Positions 27,318 through 37,699 are shown, counted from the first letter of the stretch. The stretch: 61,984 bases of DNA from an uncultured Clostridia bacterium (GCA_937901465.1 CALGTU010000028.1:1-61984); one strand, 5' to 3'. The notes: generated from the letters alone by a model not told the origin. Numbers and translations are program-made.

Positions 27318-28796
27318 ATGAGCAATGAAATAAATACTGTCTCTGCCACCGAAGAAGAAATCGTTGTCGAAGGCTTCGGTGCTGTTGAAATAGACGCTAT
27401 AGGCGAGATAGAAAATATAACGATGGGGTCTGCGGCAACAGCGGTATCCAATCTGCTCAACGCGAAAGTATGGATCACCACCCCGCAGGTTAAGGTTGTA
27501 AAGGCAAAAACCCTTTCCTATCAGGATCTCGCACCTTTCGTCTATGTAAAAATCGAATATATAATGGGAGTTTCGGGATCATCGGTTATGGTCCTTAAAC
27601 AGAGCGACGTTCAGCTTATCCTCAATCAGCTTATGGGTCAGCCGCTCGTTGTTACTGACGATTTCCAGTTCGATGAAATGAATATAAGTGCCGTCTGTGA
27701 AGTAATGAATCAGATGATGGGCGCTTCGGCAACAGCACTCAGTGAACTTATAGCAACACCTATCGATATCTCGACACCCGTTGCTGAAGTTTCAGACAGC
27801 GCAGAAGGAAGAAACTTCTTCCCGACAGACAACCCCGAAGACCCCGTTGTCAAGATCTCTTTCGACCTTACCATTGACGGAATTATCAAATCTGAATTTA
27901 TATCGGTTCTTTCTCTCGACCTTGCAAAAACTATGGCAGGTAAGATGATGAACAACTATAACGACGCTTTAAACGATGCTATGGCGGCAGAAGCCTCAGC
28001 GGCAGAACCTGCACCGTCATCATCAGGCGGCGGAACATTATCGCAGGAAGAAATCGAAGCTCTGATGTCGGGTGCTATGTCACCTGCTCCCGCTCCCGCA
28101 CCATCATCATCGGGCGGAACACTCTCGCAGGAAGAAATCGAAGCTCTGATGTCAGGCACTATGTCATCTGCTCCCGCTCCCGAACCACCACCGTCATTCG
28201 GCGGAATGATGAGTCAGGAAGAAATCGAAGCGGAAATGGCAAAGATGAGAGGAGAAGCTCCTCCGACACCTGCCCCTGCCCCTGCACCGACACCTGCCCC
28301 TGCTCCTGCTCCTCAGGCAGCACCGCAGCAGAATTATCAGCAGCCACAGGCTTACCAACAGCCACCTATGCAGCAGATGCCTTATGGTTATCCACCACAG
28401 ATGCCTTATGGTTATCCGCCACAGCAGGCGGCACCGCCACCAATGGCGGCAGTAAATCCTGTAAAGATACAGAATGCACAGCTGCATCCCTTCGAATCAT
28501 ACAGTTCGGATACATTATCACACGACCAGTCTGATAACCTTAAACTTCTCATGGGCGTTCCCCTTGATGTTACGGTTGAAATCGGCTCGGCGAAGAGAAA
28601 AGTCAAGGATATCCTTGATTTTTCACAGGGAACGATAATCGAACTTGAGCGTCAGGCAGGCGCACCCGTTGATATCATAGTCAACGGAAACCTTATTGCA
28701 AAGGGCGACGTTGTTGTTATTGAAGATAACTTCGCCGTTAGAATAACCGAAATAATCAAATCAAAATTCCTGGATTCTCTGGGAGGTAAGGAGTAA
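27318..28796 (+). CDS. fliY: Flagellar switch protein/CheY-P phosphatase FliY (CheC-like domain, long linker, FliN domain)
   Basis: Two intact D/S-x3-E-x2-N-x22-P sites (DAIGEIEN..22..P and SAVCEVMN..22..P). The C-terminus is FliN-like: LLMGVPLDVTVEIG....V.DIL....G.IIEL......PVDI.VNG.LIAKG..VV. Confidence 0.9.
   Translation: MSNEINTVSATEEEIVVEGFGAVEIDAIGEIENITMGSAATAVSNLLNAKVWITTPQVKVVKAKTLSYQDLAPFVYVKIEYIMGVSGSSVMVLKQSDVQLILNQLMGQPLVVTDDFQFDEMNISAVCEVMNQMMGASATALSELIATPIDISTPVAEVSDSAEGRNFFPTDNPEDPVVKISFDLTIDGIIKSEFISVLSLDLAKTMAGKMMNNYNDALNDAMAAEASAAEPAPSSSGGGTLSQEEIEALMSGAMSPAPAPAPSSSGGTLSQEEIEALMSGTMSSAPAPEPPPSFGGMMSQEEIEAEMAKMRGEAPPTPAPAPAPTPAPAPAPQAAPQQNYQQPQAYQQPPMQQMPYGYPPQMPYGYPPQQAAPPPMAAVNPVKIQNAQLHPFESYSSDTLSHDQSDNLKLLMGVPLDVTVEIGSAKRKVKDILDFSQGTIIELERQAGAPVDIIVNGNLIAKGDVVVIEDNFAVRITEIIKSKFLDSLGGKE
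28011..28244 (+). repeat. Three tandem ~84-bp coding repeats, each encoding an LSQEEIEA motif
   Basis: TLSQEEIEALMSG occurs at 28038-28073 and 28122-28157. A degenerate MSQEEIEAEMAK lies at 28209-28244. Confidence 0.9.
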
Positions 28797-28799
28797 ATT

Positions 28800-29162
28800 A
28801 TGGATAAGAAAATTTTACTTGTAGACGACGCAGCATTCATGAGAATGATGATCAAGGATGCTCTCACAAAGAATGGCTATACAAACATCATCGAAGCAGC
28901 CGACGGTGAACAGGCCTGCAATACATATGATGCTGAAAAGCCCGACCTTGTTATCATGGACATTACAATGCCCAACAAAACAGGTATCGAAGCACTCCGC
29001 GACATCAAAGCGTCAAATCCAGGTGCTAAGATTGTTATGTGTTCCGCTATGGGACAGGAATCAATGGTTGTTGAAGCAATCAAGCTCGGTGCGCTTGACT
29101 TTATCGTTAAGCCCTTCAAGCCCGACAGAATTCTTCAGACAGTTCAGAAGATTCTCGGATAA
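28800..29162 (+). CDS. cheY: Chemotaxis response regulator CheY
   Basis: 120-aa receiver with LLVDD, LVIMDITMP and VKPF motifs. Confidence 0.9.
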   Translation: MDKKILLVDDAAFMRMMIKDALTKNGYTNIIEAADGEQACNTYDAEKPDLVIMDITMPNKTGIEALRDIKASNPGAKIVMCSAMGQESMVVEAIKLGALDFIVKPFKPDRILQTVQKILG

Positions 29163-29170
29163 TAAAAAAT

Positions 29171-29560
29171 ATGCTTAGAGAAATACTTCTCGCAATACTC
29201 TCCCTTATGGGAGTTATTGCGCTTATATTCCTTACATTCTATGCAAGCAGAGCGCTTCATAAAAGAATGTATAGCTTTTCGGGAAAGCATATAAAAATTG
29301 TTGAAAGAGAGATGCTTTCACAGGATAAAAGCCTTATCGTTGTAAAAGCGGGAGAGAAATATATGCTTCTGGGTGTTACCCCTCAGCATATAGATAAACT
29401 CTATGAGTTTTCCGAAGGGGAATTTTCTGAAGAAACAGAAATCCCCCAGAACGAAAACGGAACTTTTCTCGATAACCTCAAAAAAGCAACGGCAGAACAC
29501 CCGTATATAAAGCCTCTTATAAAAAAGAAGGAGCGTAGTGAAAAAGATGAAAACGAATAA
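29171..29560 (+). CDS. Flagellar biosynthesis protein FliO/FliZ
   Basis: Single N-terminal TM, 129 aa, located immediately upstream of fliP and overlapping it. Confidence 0.55.
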   Translation: MLREILLAILSLMGVIALIFLTFYASRALHKRMYSFSGKHIKIVEREMLSQDKSLIVVKAGEKYMLLGVTPQHIDKLYEFSEGEFSEETEIPQNENGTFLDNLKKATAEHPYIKPLIKKKERSEKDENE

Positions 29561-30431
29561 AAACCATCTTCCCCGCTATATAGCAGGATTTATTCTCTCG
29601 CTCATATTGTCACTTTTTTGTTTAGGTATTCTTTCTTCGGTTGAAGCTTATGCTACTTTCGAAGGACCGGAGGACCCCGCCGTTACAACCTATCAGGAAG
29701 GGCAGGAAACAATGCCCGAAGAAACCGAACCGCCCTATGAAATCCCACAGACAGATAACGATGATACGGGACTTTTAGGACTTTTAGCGCTCAATGACAA
29801 TAACGGAACACTTGACCTTGTAATCCTCATAACGATACTTACTCTTGCTCCGTCAATACTTTTGATGTTTACTTGTTTTACAAGAATCATTATTGTATTC
29901 TCGTTGCTTCGAACCGCTATGGGAACACAGTCTGTTCCTCCCAATCAGGTTATGATAGGGCTCGCTTTTTTCCTGACACTTTTTATTATGTCACCCGTTT
30001 TTTCAGAAGTGAACGAAGTTGCTTATAAGCCATATAAAAATGGCGAAATGACAACTATCGAGGCATGTGCCGCGGCTACAACACCTCTGAAAGAATTTAT
30101 GCTTAAACAGACAGATACAGAAAGTTTAGAATTCTTCTGTGATATTTCGGGTGAGGAATTTGTTACGGGCGAAGAAGCTATGAATATAAGCTTCAAAACC
30201 ATAACACCCGCATTTATCCTCAGCGAAATCAAAACAGCATTCACAATAGGCTTTCTGATTTTTATCCCCTTTCTTATAATAGATATAGTAGTATCGAGTC
30301 TGCTTATGTCGATGGGTATGATTATGTTGCCGCCGGCAACAATCGCTATGCCGTTCAAGATACTTATGTTTGTTCTTGTTGACGGCTGGCAGCTTCTTAT
30401 AGGCTCACTCATCGCAGGATTCAACGTCTGA
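29538..30431 (+). CDS. fliP: Flagellar export apparatus protein FliP
   Basis: LTLAPSILLMFTCFTRIIIVFSLLRTAMGTQSVPPNQV. Confidence 0.95.
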   Translation: MKKMKTNKNHLPRYIAGFILSLILSLFCLGILSSVEAYATFEGPEDPAVTTYQEGQETMPEETEPPYEIPQTDNDDTGLLGLLALNDNNGTLDLVILITILTLAPSILLMFTCFTRIIIVFSLLRTAMGTQSVPPNQVMIGLAFFLTLFIMSPVFSEVNEVAYKPYKNGEMTTIEACAAATTPLKEFMLKQTDTESLEFFCDISGEEFVTGEEAMNISFKTITPAFILSEIKTAFTIGFLIFIPFLIIDIVVSSLLMSMGMIMLPPATIAMPFKILMFVLVDGWQLLIGSLIAGFNV

Positions 30432-30444
30432 CGGAGGTTTATAG

Positions 30445-30708
30445 ATGACTGAAACCGAAGTTCTTGAAATATTCAGAGAGTGTATGGTCATAGTGCTTCA
30501 GCTTGCAGCACCCGCACTTCTGGCAAGTATGATAATAGGACTCATCATTGCCATTTTTCAGGCGGCAACCCAGATTCACGAACAAACCCTTACCTTTGTT
30601 CCGAAACTAGTTGGTATTGCTGTTCTTCTGCTTATAACGGCATCATGGATAATGGCAAAGATGAATGATTTTGTAACCTCTATTTTCGACAAGATATCGA
30701 CTTTATAG
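30445..30708 (+). CDS. fliQ: Flagellar export apparatus protein FliQ
   Basis: 87 aa, two TM segments, AIFQAATQIHEQTLTFVPK. Confidence 0.95.
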   Translation: MTETEVLEIFRECMVIVLQLAAPALLASMIIGLIIAIFQAATQIHEQTLTFVPKLVGIAVLLLITASWIMAKMNDFVTSIFDKISTL

Positions 30709-30720
30709 CCTTGGGGGTAA

Positions 30721-31527
30721 ATGATGAGTGATTCTTATCTTTTCTGGGAGTCTTTGCTTGCAAACACCCAGGCTAATATTCTTATATTCGCGAGGGTCGC
30801 GGGAATTTTTGCCTTTAAGCCGATATTTTCGAGAAGAAATATCCCTTCAAGAGTGAAAGTTGGTGCAACATTTGCCTTAACGCTTTTAATCTCGGGAAGT
30901 GTTATTTCATCATCGGATTTATCAGCGGTAAACTATGAATCTTTTTTAGAATATGCCGTTGCAATCTTTCTTGAAATAGCGGTAGGTTTAATACTCGGAT
31001 TTTTAACGAATATGTTCCTTTCCATGCTTCTTTTCGCGGGCGAAATAATGGATACTTCATCGGGGCTCGGCATGGCAAAGGTTTATGACCCCGCAACCCA
31101 GACGCAACAGGCACTTTTCGGAACATATATGAATTATATGTTCATAATATATTTTTTCATAACAAACTCGCATCTTCAGATGATAAGGATTTATCTTCTC
31201 TCCTATGAGATAATTCCTTTGGGACTTGAGGCTGTTGATGTAAATATATTTTATGTCATAGTTCAGTATATGGGTGTTTTGTTCACCCTTGCTTTAAAGC
31301 TCGCGATGCCTGTTGTTATGGCAGAAATCATAATCGAAGTCTGTGTAGGTATTCTTATGAAAACCGTTCCCACAATTCAGGTTATGACAATAAACATTCA
31401 GCTTAAAGTCATAGCGGGACTTTTACTTATGTTCGTTCTCGCTGTTCCGATGTCTGACGCCATAGAAAGATATATGGCGGATATGATGGAGAGTGTAGAA
31501 AGCGTCCTGCCTATGATAATGCCTTAG
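30721..31527 (+). CDS. fliR: Flagellar export apparatus protein FliR
   Basis: 268 aa polytopic protein, positioned between fliQ and flhB. Confidence 0.9.
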   Translation: MMSDSYLFWESLLANTQANILIFARVAGIFAFKPIFSRRNIPSRVKVGATFALTLLISGSVISSSDLSAVNYESFLEYAVAIFLEIAVGLILGFLTNMFLSMLLFAGEIMDTSSGLGMAKVYDPATQTQQALFGTYMNYMFIIYFFITNSHLQMIRIYLLSYEIIPLGLEAVDVNIFYVIVQYMGVLFTLALKLAMPVVMAEIIIEVCVGILMKTVPTIQVMTINIQLKVIAGLLLMFVLAVPMSDAIERYMADMMESVESVLPMIMP

Positions 31528-31560
31528 ATTTTTTCTTTGTAAAAAGGGGGGATATAGGCT

Positions 31561-32646
31561 ATGGCAGATTCAGGCTCTGAAAAAACCGAACAGCCTACTT
31601 CCCGAAAACTAAGAAAAGAACGTGAAAAAGGCCATGTTCCCTTAAGTAAGGAAGTAATCACAGCAGCATCGGTTATAGCGATGTTTTATCTTTTAAAGAT
31701 ATTCGGAAAACTCATATATACCCAGCTTTTCTCCTCAATGGAATACTGGTTTTCTCAAGTTTCGGGGAATGTTTCTGAAGGTGTATGGATTTTAGAAGAA
31801 GGCGATATTTTAAATATCTTCATAAGAATTACGATGACCGTTGCGGTTTCGGCAGGCCCTCTTCTTCTGATATCAATTCTTTTAACGATAATAACAACAG
31901 GCGTTCAGACAAGATTCTTATTTTCAACCGAATCGATGAAGATAAAGCTTGACCGTTTTAATCCCATAAACGGAATAAAGAATATGTTTTCATCAAGACA
32001 ACTTGTTGAACTTTTAAAATCAATCGCCAAAATAGTTATAATCATAGTTATCATCTGGACAAAGCTGAAAGACCAGATTCCTCAGCTCGCAAGACTTTAT
32101 GATACAGACATCCTTTCTGCTTTTGTATATACCTGTCAGGTCATTTTTGATATAGTAATAGCGGTAAGTATTGCTTTTGCCGTTGTTGCCATAGCGGATT
32201 TCATGTTCCAGCGATGGAAATATAGGAAAGACCTTATGATGACCAAGGAAGAAGTAAAGGAAGAATACAAGCAGACCGAAGGCGACCCCAAGATAAAGGG
32301 AAAGATAAAACAAAAACAACAGCAGATGGCTATGCAGAGAATGATGCAGGAAGTTCCCAAAGCCGATGTTATCATCAGAAACCCTACTCATATCGCAATA
32401 GCTATTCAGTATGACAAAGATAAAGACATAGCTCCCAGAGTTATCGCAAAGGGTGCTGATAACGTTGCTATGAAGATAATCGAAGTAGCAACAGAACATA
32501 AAGTTTTAATGCAGGAAAATATACCGCTCGCTCATGCTTTATATGATGAAGTTGACCTCGGAAAATATATTCCCCCTGCATTCTATGAAGAAATCGCAAC
32601 AATCTATACCTGGGTTTACGAGGTTCAGAATCTCGCAAGACCCTAA
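31561..32646 (+). CDS. flhB: Flagellar export apparatus switch protein FlhB
   Basis: EKTEQPTSRKLRKEREKG N-terminus, four TM segments and the NPTH autocleavage site (IRNPTHIAIAIQY). Confidence 0.95.
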   Translation: MADSGSEKTEQPTSRKLRKEREKGHVPLSKEVITAASVIAMFYLLKIFGKLIYTQLFSSMEYWFSQVSGNVSEGVWILEEGDILNIFIRITMTVAVSAGPLLLISILLTIITTGVQTRFLFSTESMKIKLDRFNPINGIKNMFSSRQLVELLKSIAKIVIIIVIIWTKLKDQIPQLARLYDTDILSAFVYTCQVIFDIVIAVSIAFAVVAIADFMFQRWKYRKDLMMTKEEVKEEYKQTEGDPKIKGKIKQKQQQMAMQRMMQEVPKADVIIRNPTHIAIAIQYDKDKDIAPRVIAKGADNVAMKIIEVATEHKVLMQENIPLAHALYDEVDLGKYIPPAFYEEIATIYTWVYEVQNLARP

Positions 32647-32678
32647 AGCATATACACAGACTAACAGGAGAAGAAAGA

Positions 32679-34736
32679 ATGAAGAAGATACTGAACAGTG
32701 CAGTAGCAATATTTGTAATACTTGTTGTTGTACTTATCATTATCCCCTTACCAACGGGGCTTATTGACTTTGCTATCGTTATAAATATAGCTCTTTCTCT
32801 GACAATTCTCCTTATGTCAATGCTTATAAAGAATGTTCTTGATTTCTCGGTTTTCCCCTCAGTTCTTCTTATAACAACCCTTTTTAGATTAGGGCTTAAT
32901 ATTTCAACCACAAGACAGATTCTCGGCAATGCGGGCGACGCCGGCAAGGTTGTTAAAACCTTCGGTGAGTTCGTTATTCAGGGAAATGCCGCAGTAGGTT
33001 TTATCATATTCATAATCATAGTTATCGTTCAGTTTTTAGTTATCACCAAGGGTGCGGAACGTGTATCTGAAGTATCAGCAAGATTCACCCTCGACGCTAT
33101 GCCCGGTAAACAGATGGCGATTGACGCCGACCTTAATACAGGGCTTATCGACGAACAGGAAGCTAAGAGAAGAAGAGCCGATGTTCAGCGTGAAGCTGAC
33201 TTTTTCGGAGCAATGGACGGAGCCAGCAAGTTTGTAAAGGGCGACTCTATCATGTCGATAGTAACGGCTTTTATAAACTTAATCGGTGGCGTTATTATGG
33301 GTATGGTTATGGAAGGTATGGACTTCGGGACATGCATTTCAACCTATACAATAGCAACCATAGGTGATGGTCTTTGTTCACAGTTACCCGCACTTTTCAT
33401 CTCAACCGCAATGGGTATGATTGTAACAAGAACAGCTTCTGAAACCGACCTTAACACCGACGTTATCGGTCAGTTCTCACGTCAGCCTATAGCTATCATG
33501 ATAGCAGGCGGAGTTGTTATATGCCTTATGGTTATCCCGGGTTTCCCTAAACCTCAGCTTTTAATCACAGGTGCTGGGCTTATAGCTTTGGGCTTTACCC
33601 TTAACAGAACTTTAAACGGAAAAGCAGCCGAAGATGAGGCAGCCGAAAAAGAAAAACAAGCAGCCGAGGCACTTTCTGAAACGGAATATTATAAAGATAT
33701 CGATAATGTTTATAAACTTCTCAGCGTTGAACCTATCGAAATGGAATTCGGTTACAGCCTTATTCCGCTTGCCGATGAAAGCGCGGGGGGAACGTTTATC
33801 GAACGTGTTGTTATCTTCAGAAAACAGTTCGCACAGGAAATGGGTATGGTTTTCCCCTCTGTAAGAATGAGAGATAACCAGAATATAAACCCCAACAAAT
33901 ATGTTATTAAAATAAAGGGAGAGGCTGTTGCCGACGGCGAAATTCTTATCGACCATTATCTCGCCCTCGATAACGGAAGCGTTTCTCAGGAAGTTGACGG
34001 GATTGATACTATCGAACCCGCATTCCATATCCCTGCAAAATGGATTCCCGAAGATAAAAAGATTATGGCGGATATCGCAGGTTATACCCTTATCGACCCG
34101 ACTTCCGTTATGATTACTCATCTTTCTGAAATCATAAAATCACATGCTAACGAACTTCTTTCAAGACAGGACGTTAAAACAATGGTTGATAAACTCAAAG
34201 AAACAAATCCCGCCATTGTTGAAGATACAGTCCCCAATGTAGTTTCGATAGCTTATTTACAGAAAGTGCTCGGAAACCTTTTAAAAGAAGGCGTTCCCAT
34301 AAGAGATTTACAGACAATTCTCGAAACACTTTCCGATTATTCAAACTCGCTTAAAGATATGGATATAACAACCGAATATGTCCGTCAGGCGCTTAAAAGA
34401 ACTATTACCCGCCGTTTCAACGATGCAGGTCAGATAAGAGTTATTACTCTTGACGCAAACGTTGAAAACAAGATTGTAGGGGCTGTTAAAAAATCAGACC
34501 AGGGTTCTTATCTTGCTTTAGACCCCGAAACAATTCAGGCGATAGTTCAGTCGTTACAGGCACAGCTTGATAAAGTAAGAGATGTTATCCCGACACCTAT
34601 AGTTTTAACATCTCCCATTGTAAGAGTTTATTTCAAAAAACTCATAGACCAGTTTATCCCGAATGTTATTGTCCTTTCTTTCAACGAAATCGACAATTCA
34701 GTTCAGATTCAGGCGGTAGGCAATATTTCTATCTAA
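32679..34736 (+). CDS. flhA: Flagellar export apparatus protein FlhA
   Basis: 685 aa. RFTLDAMPGKQMAIDADLN and FVKGD motifs with a large cytoplasmic C-domain. Confidence 0.97.
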   Translation: MKKILNSAVAIFVILVVVLIIIPLPTGLIDFAIVINIALSLTILLMSMLIKNVLDFSVFPSVLLITTLFRLGLNISTTRQILGNAGDAGKVVKTFGEFVIQGNAAVGFIIFIIIVIVQFLVITKGAERVSEVSARFTLDAMPGKQMAIDADLNTGLIDEQEAKRRRADVQREADFFGAMDGASKFVKGDSIMSIVTAFINLIGGVIMGMVMEGMDFGTCISTYTIATIGDGLCSQLPALFISTAMGMIVTRTASETDLNTDVIGQFSRQPIAIMIAGGVVICLMVIPGFPKPQLLITGAGLIALGFTLNRTLNGKAAEDEAAEKEKQAAEALSETEYYKDIDNVYKLLSVEPIEMEFGYSLIPLADESAGGTFIERVVIFRKQFAQEMGMVFPSVRMRDNQNINPNKYVIKIKGEAVADGEILIDHYLALDNGSVSQEVDGIDTIEPAFHIPAKWIPEDKKIMADIAGYTLIDPTSVMITHLSEIIKSHANELLSRQDVKTMVDKLKETNPAIVEDTVPNVVSIAYLQKVLGNLLKEGVPIRDLQTILETLSDYSNSLKDMDITTEYVRQALKRTITRRFNDAGQIRVITLDANVENKIVGAVKKSDQGSYLALDPETIQAIVQSLQAQLDKVRDVIPTPIVLTSPIVRVYFKKLIDQFIPNVIVLSFNEIDNSVQIQAVGNISI

Positions 34737-34762
34737 ACCCTTAGAAAAGAGGTGAATACAAA

Positions 34763-35533
34763 GTGGCAGTTGTTACAATAACCGAAGAAAAATCAAGAGA
34801 ACTTTTTCTGAGATATAAGCAGACAAAAGATACAAAGGTAAGAAACGATATCGTCATGGCGTATTCATCGGTAGTTAAATATGCGGTTATTTCAACAAGA
34901 AATATGTATCAGAAATATGCCGATGCCGAAGATATAACAAACGAAGGAATGATGGCACTCATTTCTGCGGTTGAATCTTTCGATACCGAAAAAAACGTTA
35001 AGTTTGAAACATATGCTTCAATAAAAATCAGAGGCGCTATAATAGACTACATAAGAAAACAGGACGTTATCCCCCGTGGCGTACGTCGTTTCGCCAAGGA
35101 CCTTGACGCTACCTTTTCAAAACTCTATGTAGAATTCGGAAGAGAGCCTACAAACGAAGAACTCGCAAAAGCTATGGGCATTTCTGTTGAAAAATTACAG
35201 AAAGGCATGGCCGCTGCCGCTTCTGCAAATTCGCTTTCTTTTGAAGAAATGATAGAAAACGGCGCTGCGGATTTTTCTGCTCCCAAGGACGAAATGGGCA
35301 ACTGGGAAACAGAAAGAAATCTCTATTTGAAAGAGAGAAGTCAGATGCTGGCCCGCGCTATCGATAAACTCAACGAACAGCAGAAAACTGTCGTTTCGCT
35401 TTATTATTACGAACAGTTAAGATTTTCTGATATCGCCGAAGTTATGGGCGTCAGCGAATCCAGAGTGTGCCAGATTCACACAAAAGCAATGATGCTTTTA
35501 AGACTCAGCATGGAAGACTACATAAAACAGTAA
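34763..35533 (+). CDS. fliA: Flagellar sigma factor (sigma-28, FliA/SigD family)
   Basis: Sigma-70 regions 2-4 (YASIKIRGAIIDYIRK; region 4.2 SESRVCQIHTKAM). GTG start lies 8 nt after AGAGGTG. Confidence 0.9.
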   Translation: MAVVTITEEKSRELFLRYKQTKDTKVRNDIVMAYSSVVKYAVISTRNMYQKYADAEDITNEGMMALISAVESFDTEKNVKFETYASIKIRGAIIDYIRKQDVIPRGVRRFAKDLDATFSKLYVEFGREPTNEELAKAMGISVEKLQKGMAAAASANSLSFEEMIENGAADFSAPKDEMGNWETERNLYLKERSQMLARAIDKLNEQQKTVVSLYYYEQLRFSDIAEVMGVSESRVCQIHTKAMMLLRLSMEDYIKQ

Positions 35534-35546
35534 AAGGAGACTTTTT

Positions 35547-36311
35547 ATGTATAGAGGATTTTACATATCGGCAAACGGTATGATAAACCAACAGCGTATT
35601 ATCGATATAATAAGCGGTAATGTAGCAAATGTTCATACCGCGGGTTATAAAGCCGATACAAGCATAAACACAACCTTTGATGAGCGTCTTATCCTTGTCA
35701 GAGGAAAGAATAACAGAACAGGTAACATTACATACAGAACACAGGAAATCGTCAGAGCGGATTTAGAGCAGGGTTCTTTTGAATACACAGGCTCGCGTCT
35801 TGATATGGCGATAAGAGGAAATGTTTATTTCAACATAAGGCCCTATAGCAAACTTTATGAAGACGACGGCGAAGTTCTTCTCACAAGAAACGGACAGTTC
35901 AACCTTGATGAAGAAGGATATTTAGCTTTAGGTTCGGCAGGAAGAGTTATAGGCGATAACGGTGAACCGATTTATATCGGAACAGCTGATTTTTCTGTTT
36001 CTGAAAACGGAACAATAACAACAGAAGACGGTGAAGTCTATCGTTTACAGCTGACCTATGTTGACAGTAACGAAGACATAGAGAAAAAAGGCGATAATAT
36101 GTTTGTTAATATAACAGGAACAAACGTTATCCCCGAAGGCGAAGATTACAGAATTATTCAGGGTGCTTATGAACGCTCGAATGTCGATATAACAGAAGAA
36201 ACAATAGATGTTTTGGCAGCACAGCGACTTTTCGAAGCCTGCAGCACAGCGCTTTCTACTATCGACAGCATAAATCAGAGAGCGGCAACAGAAATTGCAT
36301 CACTCAGATAA
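35547..36311 (+). CDS. Flagellar basal-body rod protein (FlgF/FlgG family)
   Basis: N-terminal SGNVANVHTAGYK and C-terminal AYERSNVD..EE..D...AQR.FEA. Confidence 0.85.
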   Translation: MYRGFYISANGMINQQRIIDIISGNVANVHTAGYKADTSINTTFDERLILVRGKNNRTGNITYRTQEIVRADLEQGSFEYTGSRLDMAIRGNVYFNIRPYSKLYEDDGEVLLTRNGQFNLDEEGYLALGSAGRVIGDNGEPIYIGTADFSVSENGTITTEDGEVYRLQLTYVDSNEDIEKKGDNMFVNITGTNVIPEGEDYRIIQGAYERSNVDITEETIDVLAAQRLFEACSTALSTIDSINQRAATEIASLR

Positions 36312-36326
36312 AGGAGGTAGTTTGTT

Positions 36327-37052
36327 TTGACAGTAGGATTCTATTCCGCAAAAGCGGGAACAATCAGCATGCAAAGAGCGGTTGATATAACATCAAACAA
36401 CGTTGCAAACGTTAATACTCATGGCTTTAAAACACATCGTGCCTCTTTCAGCGACCTTATCTATACAACCAAACTCAGAAACGATCAGGTTGAAACAGGA
36501 CACGGCGTTAAGATTGATAAAACCGACCTTATGTTTGATATAGGAAGACTTGAAAGCACAGCGAACGAACTTGATTTTGCTATCCCTTCAGAAGAACTTT
36601 TCGCAGTTGAAGATGCATCATCAGGTCAGATTTATTATACAAAAAACGGTGCATTCCGCTTAAGTAATAATGGCGACGGCACATGGGGGCTTGTTGACCC
36701 CAAGGGAAATTATGTCCTTGATTATGATATGAACCCCATTACAGCGGTTTTTGATGAAAACGGAAACCTTGACAGTGCCGCTACTATGGAACTTATCGGA
36801 ACATTCAAATTCCCCAACCCTTATGGCCTTGATAACGAGGGCGATAACTATTTTATAGCCAACGGAAGTTCGGGCGAACCCGAAGCAGACAGAGGTCAGG
36901 AAAAATTACAGTATTATCTCGAAGGTTCATCTGTTAACCTCGCAACAGAAATGGTAAACCTCATCAAATATCAGAGAGGTTTCAGTTTCAACGCAAAGCT
37001 TGTCCAGACAGCAGATGATATCGAACAGCGTGTAAATTCTCTCAGAAGATAG
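36327..37052 (+). CDS. flgG: Flagellar basal-body rod protein FlgG family
   Basis: NNVANVNTHGFK and LEGSSVNLATEMVNLIKYQRGFSFNAK. TTG start lies 8 nt after AAGGAGG. Confidence 0.85.
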   Translation: MTVGFYSAKAGTISMQRAVDITSNNVANVNTHGFKTHRASFSDLIYTTKLRNDQVETGHGVKIDKTDLMFDIGRLESTANELDFAIPSEELFAVEDASSGQIYYTKNGAFRLSNNGDGTWGLVDPKGNYVLDYDMNPITAVFDENGNLDSAATMELIGTFKFPNPYGLDNEGDNYFIANGSSGEPEADRGQEKLQYYLEGSSVNLATEMVNLIKYQRGFSFNAKLVQTADDIEQRVNSLRR

Positions 37053-37075
37053 TTTTTGAAAGGAGCTAAAGGCAA

Positions 37076-37699
37076 ATGGCTTTAAACAACTTTACAGACC
37101 TTAACGCCATGCATATGGACGTTCTCCGTGAAATCGGAAATATAGGTTCGGGAAACTCGGCAACATCTCTCTCACAGATTCTTTCAAGCGAGATTGATAT
37201 AGGCGTTCCCGTTGTAAGAGATCTTGAATACAACGAGGTTATAGACCTTCTCGGCGGTCCCGAGCAGGTTGTTATAGGCCTTCTTGTGCGACTTTCAGGT
37301 GATATAAAGGGAATGATGATGTATCTTCTCAAAGAAAATTTTGCGAATAAGGTTACAACAACATTCTATGGAAAGAAGACAGAAAATGTTTTAACTCTTG
37401 ATGAGATGGACCGTTCCGCTATCTGCGAAATGGGAAACATCATGGCGAGTGCTTATGTAAACGCAATAGCACAGCTCACAGGTCTTTTCATAGATATTTC
37501 TGTTCCCGCATTCTGTGCGGATATGGTAGGGGCGATTATGTCTGTTCCCGCCGTTGAATTCGCAGAAGTTTCAGATAAGGTTATCTATATCGACGACAAA
37601 TTTCAGGTTTCAGATGACGAAATAAGAAGTAATATGATTCTTATTCCCGAAATGGAATCACTTGAATTATTATTTTCTAAGCTGGGAGTAGAAATATGA
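37076..37699 (+). CDS. cheC: CheY-P phosphatase CheC
   Basis: Two D/S-x3-E-x2-N-x22-P sites (DVLREIGN...P and SAICEMGN...P). Confidence 0.85.
   Translation: MALNNFTDLNAMHMDVLREIGNIGSGNSATSLSQILSSEIDIGVPVVRDLEYNEVIDLLGGPEQVVIGLLVRLSGDIKGMMMYLLKENFANKVTTTFYGKKTENVLTLDEMDRSAICEMGNIMASAYVNAIAQLTGLFIDISVPAFCADMVGAIMSVPAVEFAEVSDKVIYIDDKFQVSDDEIRSNMILIPEMESLELLFSKLGVEI

Noticed and set aside
27956-28606. Several 64-97-aa minus-strand ORFs inside fliY.
   Set aside because: They are antisense artefacts of the Pro/Ala/Gln-rich linker, which is GC-rich and poor in stop codons.
32020-34121. Three 159-169-aa minus-strand ORFs inside flhB and flhA.
   Set aside because: They are antisense to strongly supported flagellar export genes and have no start-site signals.
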